This document shows positions 54,574 to 63,597 of a stretch of DNA of 64,000 bases, piece after piece. Origin of the DNA: a virus (lineage: Duplodnaviria > Caudoviricetes). Position 1 is the stretch's first letter; each line of letters begins with the position of its first letter. Below the pieces are notes generated by a model. The model did no database searches. It was given only the letters and a program-made list of their open reading frames with translations, and was not told the origin of the DNA. The DNA lies in IMG/VR virus record IMGVR_UViG_3300046167_000724; one strand, written 5' to 3'. The translations under genes and the position numbers were made by a program.

Positions 54574-55272
54574 ATGAATAACATATTTAATTTTACAGAT
54601 TTTGTTAATGAGGGTAGAAGCTCTTATGATAGTATTGCATCTAAACTAGTTAAGCACACTTTTAAGAAGTGGGTAAACGGTTATAAAGGTGGTGAAGCTA
54701 CACTTAACTTTACAGAAAGCTTAGTTTTAAACAGACTAGAATTTGATGTTGATTTCAACCTACATGTTACCAAGCGTGTTAAAGGTTTTGAAATACTTAA
54801 TAGCACGGGTGCTGATTCAAGAACAACTGATGATGAAGGTGACGAGCAAGACCCGTATATTATTATAGACTTCGCTGTTAATCCTGATTGGATTCCTGGT
54901 GAATGGTCTACTATTTATTTTTATTTAGCAGATGTTGTAAGACATGAGATTGAGCATATCACACAAGGTGGTGAGGATATTGGTAATTACAGAATAGGTA
55001 AACCAAATGAAGATGATGGTATGTTAAGACAGATGATTAAGATTGGTCTATTACCAAAAGCACAATATTTCATGCTACCTAAAGAGGTTGATGCAAACAT
55101 ACAGGGTCTTAGATATGAGGCTAAAAAAAGAAAAGAGTCGATGGCCGATGCTGTTAATAGATATCTAGACACGCAAGAACAATCTGGTGAAATAAATGGA
55201 AAAGAGCGTGAAGACATTCTTACACTTTGGAAAAGACGTGCAAAACAAATAGGAGGTATACCTAAATTTTAA
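54574..55272 (+). CDS. Zincin-like (HExxH) protein with CTS-like tag
   Basis: RHEIEH, YFMLPKEVDA; begins MNNIFNFTDFVNE. Confidence 0.65.
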   Translation: MNNIFNFTDFVNEGRSSYDSIASKLVKHTFKKWVNGYKGGEATLNFTESLVLNRLEFDVDFNLHVTKRVKGFEILNSTGADSRTTDDEGDEQDPYIIIDFAVNPDWIPGEWSTIYFYLADVVRHEIEHITQGGEDIGNYRIGKPNEDDGMLRQMIKIGLLPKAQYFMLPKEVDANIQGLRYEAKKRKESMADAVNRYLDTQEQSGEINGKEREDILTLWKRRAKQIGGIPKF

Positions 55273-55276
55273 AATT

Positions 55277-56398
55277 ATGAAACATTTAAAACTATACGAG
55301 GATTTTATTAATGAAGCAAGTCGTGATACTGAAATGGTTGATGGCATTGTTGATTTACTATTAAAGGTAGACGATATAGATAACCGTAAAGAAATGGCTA
55401 TTGAAACTATTGCAGACTTTGATACTGAAGGCGTTGAATACAACAAGGGTGAATTCCTTAGCAAAATTGGTTTAAGTGAACTAGAACTTAATGAAGCAAG
55501 GCCTGAGTTCCATGATTCAGATGCACCAGATGCATATGGTAGATTCAGGGACTTAAGCATTAAGGATTTAGCTAAGTGGTTAATTGATACACGTAACGGT
55601 GACGTTAAAAAGATTTCATCTTCACTTACACAACAAATTGTATTTAATAGAAATGATGACCCTGAATATGCTACTAAGATGGAAAAAACACGTAAAGAGG
55701 TTTATAAGCAACTTGGTAGAGAAGACTTATTAGAAGGTGATGCTAAACCAGGTCCGGACAAATATATGACTGGGCTTGATAAAGAAGACGAAACCGATAA
55801 AGAAGATCAAATCAAAAAGCAGCGTGAAATGGATGATGATGATTCATCAGCTTATAAAGAAATGCCAGGTGACGAAGAGGCTAGAGAGAAGGGTCAAGTT
55901 AAAACATCTAAGCATGTTAAGAAATACCATGAGCTTTATGGTGACGAAAAGAACGAAGCGGTATCTGAATTACAACTTGATGAAGCTGTAAAATTAGGTT
56001 GCACTGAATGTGACGAAGTTAATACACTTACTAAGTGGCAAAAGAATGGCGGTTACTGTCCATCTTGTAAAACGTCTTCATCAGCTGTTGAAGAAGGTAA
56101 GGTTAACGAAGAAAAGGCTGAAGGTGATAGAAGCAAATTAGATAACGCTGATATTGAAACAGCTCTTGCTAAAAAAGCAGAAGAGACGGGCGTACCAATT
56201 GGTCTTATTAGAATTATCATGAGACGTGGTATGGCGGCTTGGAAAACAGGTCATAGGCCAGGTGCTGGCCAAGAACAATGGGGATATGCTAGGGTTAACG
56301 CGTTCCTTACTAAAGGTGCTGGTACTTGGGGTGATGCTGATAAAGATGTTGCTAAAGAAGTTAGAGACGGTGGTTACGATAAAAACCTTAAATCATAA
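55277..56398 (+). CDS. Multi-segment protein with DUF5824-like C-terminus and CTS-like tag
   Basis: RRGMAAWKTGHRPGAGQEQWGYARVNAFL; begins MKHLKLYEDFINE; CxxC-CxxC insert. Confidence 0.65.
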   Translation: MKHLKLYEDFINEASRDTEMVDGIVDLLLKVDDIDNRKEMAIETIADFDTEGVEYNKGEFLSKIGLSELELNEARPEFHDSDAPDAYGRFRDLSIKDLAKWLIDTRNGDVKKISSSLTQQIVFNRNDDPEYATKMEKTRKEVYKQLGREDLLEGDAKPGPDKYMTGLDKEDETDKEDQIKKQREMDDDDSSAYKEMPGDEEAREKGQVKTSKHVKKYHELYGDEKNEAVSELQLDEAVKLGCTECDEVNTLTKWQKNGGYCPSCKTSSSAVEEGKVNEEKAEGDRSKLDNADIETALAKKAEETGVPIGLIRIIMRRGMAAWKTGHRPGAGQEQWGYARVNAFLTKGAGTWGDADKDVAKEVRDGGYDKNLKS

Positions 56399-57036
56399 TG
56401 AAGAATTTATTTTTATTTGAAGAGTATATCAGGAACAATAAGATTAGTGGTGAGGCTCATCACGTATCGTATGACCCTATTGATAACGAGTCTTTGTATG
56501 AAGTTGTGAATTCTATTATGGGTGGTGAGCTTACAGAATCAGAGGTCCAAGACCTACTTGATGAAGGCTTATTCTCGTGGTTGGGTTCTTTATTTTCAAA
56601 TCCAAAAAAGAAGCGTGAGTTAGATAAGTTAGCACAAAAACTTGTTGAGGTTAGAGTTGATATTGCGAAAGTTAATATCGAAGCTGAAAATATTGAAGCA
56701 TTTGAAGAAGAGTTAAACGCAAAAGAAGATATGTATGCAAATACACTTCCAGCTAAAGCTATAAAATCAAACAAGACTTCAATGACTGACCTTAAAGGTG
56801 CGCAGTTAAAAGAACTCGAAAGTGATGTTATAATGCGAATGGATGTTATTGGTGAAGAGAATGATAAGCTTAAAACATATGTTAATAAGGTAAAGCTTGA
56901 CTCTAGAATACAATCAACTGAAAAAATTATGCGTATGGCAGACGGCCAAATTAAAAAAGTACTTTCTAAAATGGCGATGCAAGATAAAAAGAAAGATAGA
57001 GAACTAACAAAAGAACTTAAGGTTCAAATGAATTAA
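56398..57036 (+). CDS. Coiled-coil putative head protein (CTS-like tag)
   Basis: Begins MKNLFLFEEYI. Confidence 0.55.
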   Translation: MKNLFLFEEYIRNNKISGEAHHVSYDPIDNESLYEVVNSIMGGELTESEVQDLLDEGLFSWLGSLFSNPKKKRELDKLAQKLVEVRVDIAKVNIEAENIEAFEEELNAKEDMYANTLPAKAIKSNKTSMTDLKGAQLKELESDVIMRMDVIGEENDKLKTYVNKVKLDSRIQSTEKIMRMADGQIKKVLSKMAMQDKKKDRELTKELKVQMN

Positions 57037-57039
57037 ATT

Positions 57040-57270
57040 ATGAAAAGAGTAAAATTATTCGAAGCTTTTACAAAAAGCCAAGGTGAAGAGATTAGCAAAG
57101 ATCAATTTAAGAATATTGCTAAGGGTTCAAACGTTACATATATGGGTGATGATTTTGAAGTTGCAGAGTCAGACGATACACTTCTAATATTAAAGCATAT
57201 AAAGTCTGGTAAAAAGATTCATGTTAATTACAATATGTTTAATAAAAAAGGTGCTATTTCATCTAAATAA
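57040..57270 (+). CDS. Small putative head protein (CTS-like tag)
   Basis: Begins MKRVKLFEAF. Confidence 0.55.
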   Translation: MKRVKLFEAFTKSQGEEISKDQFKNIAKGSNVTYMGDDFEVAESDDTLLILKHIKSGKKIHVNYNMFNKKGAISSK

Positions 57271-57322
57271 AATTAAAAAACAAATAAATATCTTTACAAG
57301 ATATATAAATAAATAAAATATT

Positions 57323-57514
57323 ATGTATTTTTTAATTATTACATTAACGATTGCCGCGGTTTTATTCATTGATTATAAATTTATTAAATCAAAAAAAACT
57401 AAAACAGTTGGTGCGTCTAAAGACAAGGTTATCGTTGTAGATAAAAGGCCTACTAATATTTCGGTTAATAGAATTACTGATAATATAATTCCCACTAAGG
57501 AAGAAATGGACTAA
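57323..57514 (+). CDS. Small membrane protein
   Basis: N-terminal TM helix then a basic stretch. Confidence 0.6.
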   Translation: MYFLIITLTIAAVLFIDYKFIKSKKTKTVGASKDKVIVVDKRPTNISVNRITDNIIPTKEEMD

Positions 57515-57553
57515 AATATTATTAGATATATAATAAAATAATAACATATTAAA

Positions 57554-58234
57554 ATGGCTAAATTAAAATCATTCGAAGAGTACGTTGCTGACATTGACAC
57601 GGCTGAAGAAATCGAAAACACAGAAGTTGAAATGGGCGAACCTACGGAAGCAGAAGGTGAAGAAGAAGTTGTTACAGACGAACAAGGTGAAGATGACGTT
57701 GAAGTAAAAGACAATGTTGAAGGTGAAGAAGCCGGTGAAGAAGCTGAAGAACTTGAAGCAGACACTAAAGAAGTTTCATCTGAAGAAGACAAAGGTATTG
57801 TAGATTCAGCTGATGATGAAGCACCATCTGAAGAAGATGCTATGACTGAATCTGAGGATTCTGACGACGAAGATGAAGACGATTCTGACGACGAAGATGA
57901 AGACGATTCTGACGACGAAGATGAAGACGATTCTGTAGAAGTTGTAGCGGTTGCTGAAATGCTTAAAGAGGCATATGAGGCTTGTAAAAACGAAGCTAAA
58001 GTTTGGGAAGAAGATATGCACGATGAGCATACTATTGAATCTTACCTAAAAGAAAATGCGGCATTAGTTGCTATGATGGCAGTTAATACATTAAAAGAAA
58101 TGAAAGAAGACATGACCCTTGAAATGTACGAGGCTACATGTAATGAATTAAAAGAATCTTACGCTAAGAAGATTGACGAGATGAAAGAAGCTTGGTCTGC
58201 TGAAGGTGAAGAGGTTGAAAGCGACGAAGAGTAA
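57554..58234 (+). CDS. Highly acidic protein with CTS-like tag (candidate prohead core/scaffold)
   Basis: Begins MAKLKSFEEYVAD; D/E-dominated. Confidence 0.6.
   Translation: MAKLKSFEEYVADIDTAEEIENTEVEMGEPTEAEGEEEVVTDEQGEDDVEVKDNVEGEEAGEEAEELEADTKEVSSEEDKGIVDSADDEAPSEEDAMTESEDSDDEDEDDSDDEDEDDSDDEDEDDSVEVVAVAEMLKEAYEACKNEAKVWEEDMHDEHTIESYLKENAALVAMMAVNTLKEMKEDMTLEMYEATCNELKESYAKKIDEMKEAWSAEGEEVESDEE
57857..57935 (+). repeat. In-frame 24-bp tandem repeat x3 (DSDDEDED)
   Basis: gattctgacgacgaagatgaagac. Confidence 0.9.
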
Positions 58235-58250
58235 GCGATTCATAATTTCT

Positions 58251-58292
58251 TGAAACATTTATTAAAGGTCCGTGTATAATATGCACGGACTT
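58251..58292 (+). promoter_or_regulatory. Class-2 promoter whose TATAAT lies in a terminator-like hairpin
   Basis: TGAAACA-N17-TATAAT; gtccgtgt-ataatat-gcacggac then T-run. Confidence 0.55.
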
Positions 58293-58303
58293 TTATATTT
58301 TAT

Positions 58304-58804
58304 ATGCCTAGATTAAAGATTGAATCAGTGTACATGGAGATTGCATACTCAATTGCGAAACTGAGTTATGCTGAACGACGTAAAGTTGGATGTGTCATTG
58401 TAAAAGACGAACAGATTGTTTCGTTTGGTTACAATGGAACACCCCACGGTTTTGACAATACATGTGAAGAAGAACAGGTTAGATATGTAGATAACCCAGA
58501 CCACTTGCAAATCCTAATAGATAAAGGGTATGATTGTGAAGAAGATTGCTGTAGTAAAACGGTAACCAAGGTTGAGGTGTTACATGCTGAATCGAATGCG
58601 TTGAGTAAATTAGCTAAATCAACCCTGTCATCGGACGGTGCTACGTTATACACAACGACTTCACCATGTTTTGAATGTGCAAAATTAATCATTCAATCAG
58701 GTATTACTAAAGTATATTACAACGAAAGCTACCGAGATATGGGTGGTGTTGAATTATTAAATAAAGCTAACATTGAAGTAATACAAACAAATGTCATTCA
58801 TTAA
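58304..58804 (+). CDS. dCMP deaminase (ComEB/DctD family)
   Basis: VGCVIV, GYNG, HAESNA, SPCFEC. Confidence 0.93.
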   Translation: MPRLKIESVYMEIAYSIAKLSYAERRKVGCVIVKDEQIVSFGYNGTPHGFDNTCEEEQVRYVDNPDHLQILIDKGYDCEEDCCSKTVTKVEVLHAESNALSKLAKSTLSSDGATLYTTTSPCFECAKLIIQSGITKVYYNESYRDMGGVELLNKANIEVIQTNVIH

Positions 58805-59000
58805 AAAATATTTGCAACCTGTAGAAGATATTATTGAATCTATAGAATCAAATCCTAAATTATTTTATCTTAACAATATTAAAGTTGATGCCTATATTGG
58901 ACCTTCAAAATCAATGCAATTATTAGATGAATTTATTACAGCGTATCAAGAAGACGATAGTCAAGACTTCTCGAAAATTACCTCAAAATACAAAAACTAA
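58791..59000 (+). CDS. Hypothetical protein
   Basis: 69-aa ORF. Confidence 0.6.
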   Translation: MSFIKKYLQPVEDIIESIESNPKLFYLNNIKVDAYIGPSKSMQLLDEFITAYQEDDSQDFSKITSKYKN

Positions 59001-59001
59001 A

Positions 59002-59556
59002 ATGGAAGAAACAATCATGGCTAAAGACAGAGAGCTACAAAAGTATCAATGGGTTAAATCAGAAAGAACCACCGAAGTTGTTCAAGTTGCTGAAGAGCAA
59101 CCGGATGCTAATTGGTTATACTTTACAGACGGTACACGTATTAATCCATCTTTAATTAGTGAATTTTTAATGGAGGTTCCGGCTTCAACTAAAATAGGTG
59201 GCTTTATTGATGTTGAGACAAAGCCGCTTCAAACTGGTCCTATTCAAAATGAAGGAAATGTAGTCGCTACAAATTCATCAGACACCATAGTTACACAACA
59301 AGAACCGGTAAAAGAACCAACGGTTATGGGTAAAATGATTATGAAAATGAGCAAAAAGAATGTTGTTAATGTTCCTGTTCAAATTAATATTAATATACCA
59401 ACACCACAATTACATGCAATGTTGTCTGAAGGCATGGAAGATGCGGACTTAAATGAAGAAATCATGGAAGTGGCCCTTCAACAAATTGAGATAAATAAAC
59501 TAAAGGAATACATTACAGCTAATGTATCCGAATTTCTATCAGAATATTATTCATAA
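59002..59556 (+). CDS. Hypothetical protein
   Basis: Start moved to MEETIMAK. Confidence 0.7.
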   Translation: MEETIMAKDRELQKYQWVKSERTTEVVQVAEEQPDANWLYFTDGTRINPSLISEFLMEVPASTKIGGFIDVETKPLQTGPIQNEGNVVATNSSDTIVTQQEPVKEPTVMGKMIMKMSKKNVVNVPVQININIPTPQLHAMLSEGMEDADLNEEIMEVALQQIEINKLKEYITANVSEFLSEYYS

Positions 59557-59568
59557 ATTAAATACAAA

Positions 59569-59919
59569 ATGAACAGAAGTCAAAGAAGATTGCAGTTAAA
59601 ATCTGCTGGAATGTTACGTGTAAAAAACATGTATGGTCCGTTCACTGAAGTTGGTAAACTTTGGTATGCTAAGACCGCAAAAGAAGGTGCTAAATTACAT
59701 TTACAGAATGTAGAGGCTAATGAAAAAAGACAATCTGAATACTTTGCTCAAAAAGAAGCAAGCATTAAAGCATCACATGAAGCTAATGGCTACAGTGCTG
59801 AAAAAGTAGAAGTATTATTAGAAGCTTGGAGATGTACGATTGTTAAAGACAAAGAAACTTATCGTGCTGACCGTAAAGAGTCTATTGCCTTATACCAAAA
59901 GGCGGCTCAAATGAAATAA
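59569..59919 (+). CDS. Hypothetical protein
   Basis: Begins MNRSQRR. Confidence 0.7.
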   Translation: MNRSQRRLQLKSAGMLRVKNMYGPFTEVGKLWYAKTAKEGAKLHLQNVEANEKRQSEYFAQKEASIKASHEANGYSAEKVEVLLEAWRCTIVKDKETYRADRKESIALYQKAAQMK

Positions 59920-59931
59920 GGTATATACACT

Positions 59932-60258
59932 ATGCAAGTAATTACTATTGAAATTGCCGATAATGGTATTATCAAAACTATTGTTGACGATAATATTAAT
60001 GGGGCCGGTGAAAAGTTTGAATCTAAAACAGTTTATGATTTAGAAAGACATGATTCAATAGACAGTAAAATTGAATTATTGTGGACACTTGCTGAAGACA
60101 TGGGTGTAGATTTAGGTAATTCCAAACAAGCTGAACAAATTAAAATTATCAGTGAATGGGGTGAAAACTATACACCTTCTAAAAAAGAGGCAACTGAAGC
60201 TATTAAAGAATTACAAAATAATATTGATAGCCTTCAAAAGATTGTTGATGCTAAGTAA
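59932..60258 (+). CDS. Hypothetical protein
   Basis: 108-aa ORF. Confidence 0.7.
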   Translation: MQVITIEIADNGIIKTIVDDNINGAGEKFESKTVYDLERHDSIDSKIELLWTLAEDMGVDLGNSKQAEQIKIISEWGENYTPSKKEATEAIKELQNNIDSLQKIVDAK

Positions 60259-60668
60259 TGAATATTAAAATAGAATGTATTTGGTGTAATAGTAAAATGG
60301 AATTTAACCGCTATGTGAGAAACTACGGTGCACCCAGCTATACCATAAATTACATCGATATTTCTAATAAATTAATGAAGGCCGATAAGTCTATCAGAAA
60401 ACCGTCTGACAGATTAATCGGTCTTCATATTCATAGTCAATTAAAAATGTATAATTCTAAATTAGATAAATTTGAAAATCACCCCAAAGTTATTGTGTAT
60501 CTAATTAAAAACCTTAATAAACAAACAATTTCAGGATTGAGAAGTACACTTGATAATGTATTGGAAAGCCATGAGATTGATATTGATCTAACGGTTATCA
60601 ATAGAACTGACTTTCCAACAAAAGGTGTACTTAGCCAATTCGGTTCGGTTAAGTTCATCGACACATGA
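60258..60668 (+). CDS. Hypothetical protein
   Basis: 136-aa ORF, coupled. Confidence 0.65.
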   Translation: MNIKIECIWCNSKMEFNRYVRNYGAPSYTINYIDISNKLMKADKSIRKPSDRLIGLHIHSQLKMYNSKLDKFENHPKVIVYLIKNLNKQTISGLRSTLDNVLESHEIDIDLTVINRTDFPTKGVLSQFGSVKFIDT

Positions 60669-61249
60669 TACATCACAGATTATTCCCTAAGGGCGAATAC
60701 TGTCATGCATTAATCGCTTCAAAATCCAACCCCAATATTTTATTTCAAGTTCGAGGTCTTATCTATGACGTTAAGATGGACGAACATAACCCACAATACC
60801 TTATAAAGATTATAAAGTTTTATGATGACTTAAACTTTATTAAACGTCACTTTATTGGGGAGCGCTTCCAGAAAGATTTTTCAGGACATGACTTTCATTT
60901 TAAAATGAAGCGTAGTCAATTTCAAACCCGCGAAGAGTTTGAAAAATATATGAGCAAAGATAAGTATATGCTTGTTGCTGATTCAGTTATGTGTACAAAG
61001 ACACTCGGTGACTCCACTGTGTTGTACAACACTATCCAATCATTTATAATAGAGAAGTCCATACGTGACATCTATGACGCATCTACTAGAGCACAATACA
61101 GAACAGGTAAATATCACTTTAATAATCAAGACGAATTTAAAACATCACTTAAAAAATTCTTAAAGGGTAAAGTTGATGTTACTGAAGAATACCTAGATGA
61201 TTTATTAAGTAGACCTTCTTTTAATGATTTAGATGATATTAAAGCCTGA
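60665..61249 (+). CDS. Hypothetical protein
   Basis: 194-aa ORF. Confidence 0.7.
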   Translation: MIHHRLFPKGEYCHALIASKSNPNILFQVRGLIYDVKMDEHNPQYLIKIIKFYDDLNFIKRHFIGERFQKDFSGHDFHFKMKRSQFQTREEFEKYMSKDKYMLVADSVMCTKTLGDSTVLYNTIQSFIIEKSIRDIYDASTRAQYRTGKYHFNNQDEFKTSLKKFLKGKVDVTEEYLDDLLSRPSFNDLDDIKA

Positions 61250-61277
61250 TATATAGTATAAATAATTATATCAATAG

Positions 61278-63110
61278 ATGAGTTCAGAAAAGAGCTGGTG
61301 GGATAATGCTGCAGATTCAATAAATCAATTGACTGGAGATTCTAAAGAATTTGTTAAGGATTCTCAAGATGCGGTTAAAAATTCAAAAGATGCTAAAAAT
61401 ATTACTAGTCAATTTGATAACCTTATTGATCAATCATCTGGTGGTGTTACTAGATTTTATGATGCTTTAACCGGTCAAGTTGTTGAAGGTCAAGCTGCCG
61501 AAAAAATTAAAACTATTAAAGCCTCTATTAAGGGGCCTACATCTGTAAGTACAAATACAATAAACCCAACATCTGTTGAACCTATTGTTGGTTCTATTAA
61601 CCCAATATATACTGGTTTAGGTGATGCTGAAAGTTATACAATAGAAACTGCAGGTAAAGCTAATAGTGGTAATAGTACTGATAGTGCTGGTACTTTAGTA
61701 CCGGGTCCCAAGCAGATTCCATTTTCTTTATTCAATCACTGGTCACTTATGAACTACAAGGGTGGACCGCTTGATAATTTAGATAAGGAGGCCTACAACG
61801 CCCCGCTATTTGCCGGCGCTGATAAAATTGAATATAGAAACCCGACAGCTACAAAAATTATACAAACATTAAATGAAAAAGACCACCCTGGTTACAAATA
61901 TTCATTTTCTGATTTTGCATTAGCTAAATATTACGGTAAAATATCAAACAACTTCATGGTAACTCTTAGAAGATTTCCTATGCCGGTTGAAGATGATATT
62001 ATTAATCCTAGAATTTTAGGACCTGATGGTAAATCTATTGTTGATAATGCAATGCCTGATTTAGCAAGAGCTGTAACGTGGATGTCTGAAACTACTGGTA
62101 ATAAACTAAATGATTTATTAAAGTTTGATGTAAGTACCACTTGGAAAGAAGTTGAATCTGCAATTCAAGAAAGAAGCGGCGGTGGTGAAGGTGGTGCTTT
62201 AGGTAGCGCAATTGGCGGTAACTTTTTTGCATCAGCGGCTGTTGGTGCTGCAAACGGTATGGATGCACAAGGCGTTGCTAATGCTAAAAGTGGATATGAT
62301 GCAACCAAAGGTACTTATCCAAATCACATTTTTGGGCCTATTAATGTTATTAAAAAGGTATCTATCCGTGACGCTGGTTTAAACTTCACAGGGGATATGG
62401 AACTTACATTTCATTATAGCCTAAGACAGCTTGAAGGTGTTTCACCTAAAATCGCGTTCTTAGATATGCTATCAAATATGTTAGTTCTTACATATAATAA
62501 TGGTAATTTCTGGGGTGGTTCATCAAGGTATGTTGGCGGTTCTGGTAAAATGTCTAGGCCGTTTGGTGACTTTAGTAAATTAAAGTCTGGTAATTTTGGT
62601 GAATTCTTAGGTTCAATCGTTGGTGACATTGCTGGTGCTGCTGGTAATATGTTAAATGATATAAAAGAGAATGGTCTTACTGGTTCTAAACTTGGTAAAA
62701 ACCTTATTGGTGGTGGTCTTATGAAATTATTCGGAACACCACAGGGTTCTGAAGCACTTAATGCTTTTTTAACAGGTGACCCAACCGGTCAATACCATGT
62801 TACTATTGGTAATCCATTAAACCCTATTGCAGTTATTGGTAATTTATATTGTGATAAGGCTGATTTCCAATTTGGTGGTGAACTATCTTATGAAGGTTTC
62901 CCAACAGAACTTACAGTTAAAGTTTCACTTAAACCGGCTAGACCAAGGGATAAAGCTGATATCGAAAGAATGTTTAATGGTGGAAGACAAAGAATGTATC
63001 TAACACCTGAAAATGGTGTTAACACTAATAACAGTACAAATACATCAGCATACGGTAATGCGGATAGCCCAGAACAGGCTGACATATATAGAAAAATGAC
63101 TGGAGGATAA
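61278..63110 (+). CDS. Putative virion structural protein (tail/baseplate associated)
   Basis: 610 aa, Gly-rich C-half, upstream GATATATAG, adjacent to baseplate-like genes. Confidence 0.45.
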   Translation: MSSEKSWWDNAADSINQLTGDSKEFVKDSQDAVKNSKDAKNITSQFDNLIDQSSGGVTRFYDALTGQVVEGQAAEKIKTIKASIKGPTSVSTNTINPTSVEPIVGSINPIYTGLGDAESYTIETAGKANSGNSTDSAGTLVPGPKQIPFSLFNHWSLMNYKGGPLDNLDKEAYNAPLFAGADKIEYRNPTATKIIQTLNEKDHPGYKYSFSDFALAKYYGKISNNFMVTLRRFPMPVEDDIINPRILGPDGKSIVDNAMPDLARAVTWMSETTGNKLNDLLKFDVSTTWKEVESAIQERSGGGEGGALGSAIGGNFFASAAVGAANGMDAQGVANAKSGYDATKGTYPNHIFGPINVIKKVSIRDAGLNFTGDMELTFHYSLRQLEGVSPKIAFLDMLSNMLVLTYNNGNFWGGSSRYVGGSGKMSRPFGDFSKLKSGNFGEFLGSIVGDIAGAAGNMLNDIKENGLTGSKLGKNLIGGGLMKLFGTPQGSEALNAFLTGDPTGQYHVTIGNPLNPIAVIGNLYCDKADFQFGGELSYEGFPTELTVKVSLKPARPRDKADIERMFNGGRQRMYLTPENGVNTNNSTNTSAYGNADSPEQADIYRKMTGG

Positions 63111-63595
63111 TGGATTTTAAATCATTACATAATAAAAATATAGTTGACGGTAAAGTTATAATGACTGAACCATCAATGCTATTTATCGACCTTCAAGATG
63201 TTGATACAATAGTTGAACATGTTATTGATGGTGACCAAGCTGGTAGACCCGACCTAATAGCGCTTAAGTACTATAGCGACCAATCATTAACCGATATGCT
63301 TTTAAAATTTAATGGCGTATCTAATCCATTTTCTTTAAACCAAGGTGACATTATTGATGTTCCAGTTAATCAGGAAAGATTTAAAAAGTTTATTAAACCT
63401 AAAAGGAATAATGATGAAACTCAAAAAGAAAAGTTCTTAAAGCAACGTAGAATGACTGAAAAAGATAAGAAGCGTTTTGAGTTCCTACAGTCACTCGCAC
63501 AAGTTGAAGCACTTCCACCAAATAGACTTAAGACTGGTCAAACTAATAAAGATATATCTGGTGTTATTACTGATTTAAATCCTAGTCAATCTTAA
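63110..63595 (+). CDS. Baseplate wedge protein, T4 gp53/LysM-like
   Basis: GRPDLIALKYY...LLKFNGVSNPFSLNQGDII. Confidence 0.7.
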   Translation: MDFKSLHNKNIVDGKVIMTEPSMLFIDLQDVDTIVEHVIDGDQAGRPDLIALKYYSDQSLTDMLLKFNGVSNPFSLNQGDIIDVPVNQERFKKFIKPKRNNDETQKEKFLKQRRMTEKDKKRFEFLQSLAQVEALPPNRLKTGQTNKDISGVITDLNPSQS

Positions 63596-63597
63596 TT

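Noticed and set aside
64-63085. Numerous antisense ORFs of 60-155 aa in the track overlapping strong genes
   Set aside because: Fully nested opposite well-supported CDSs, with no motifs or promoters
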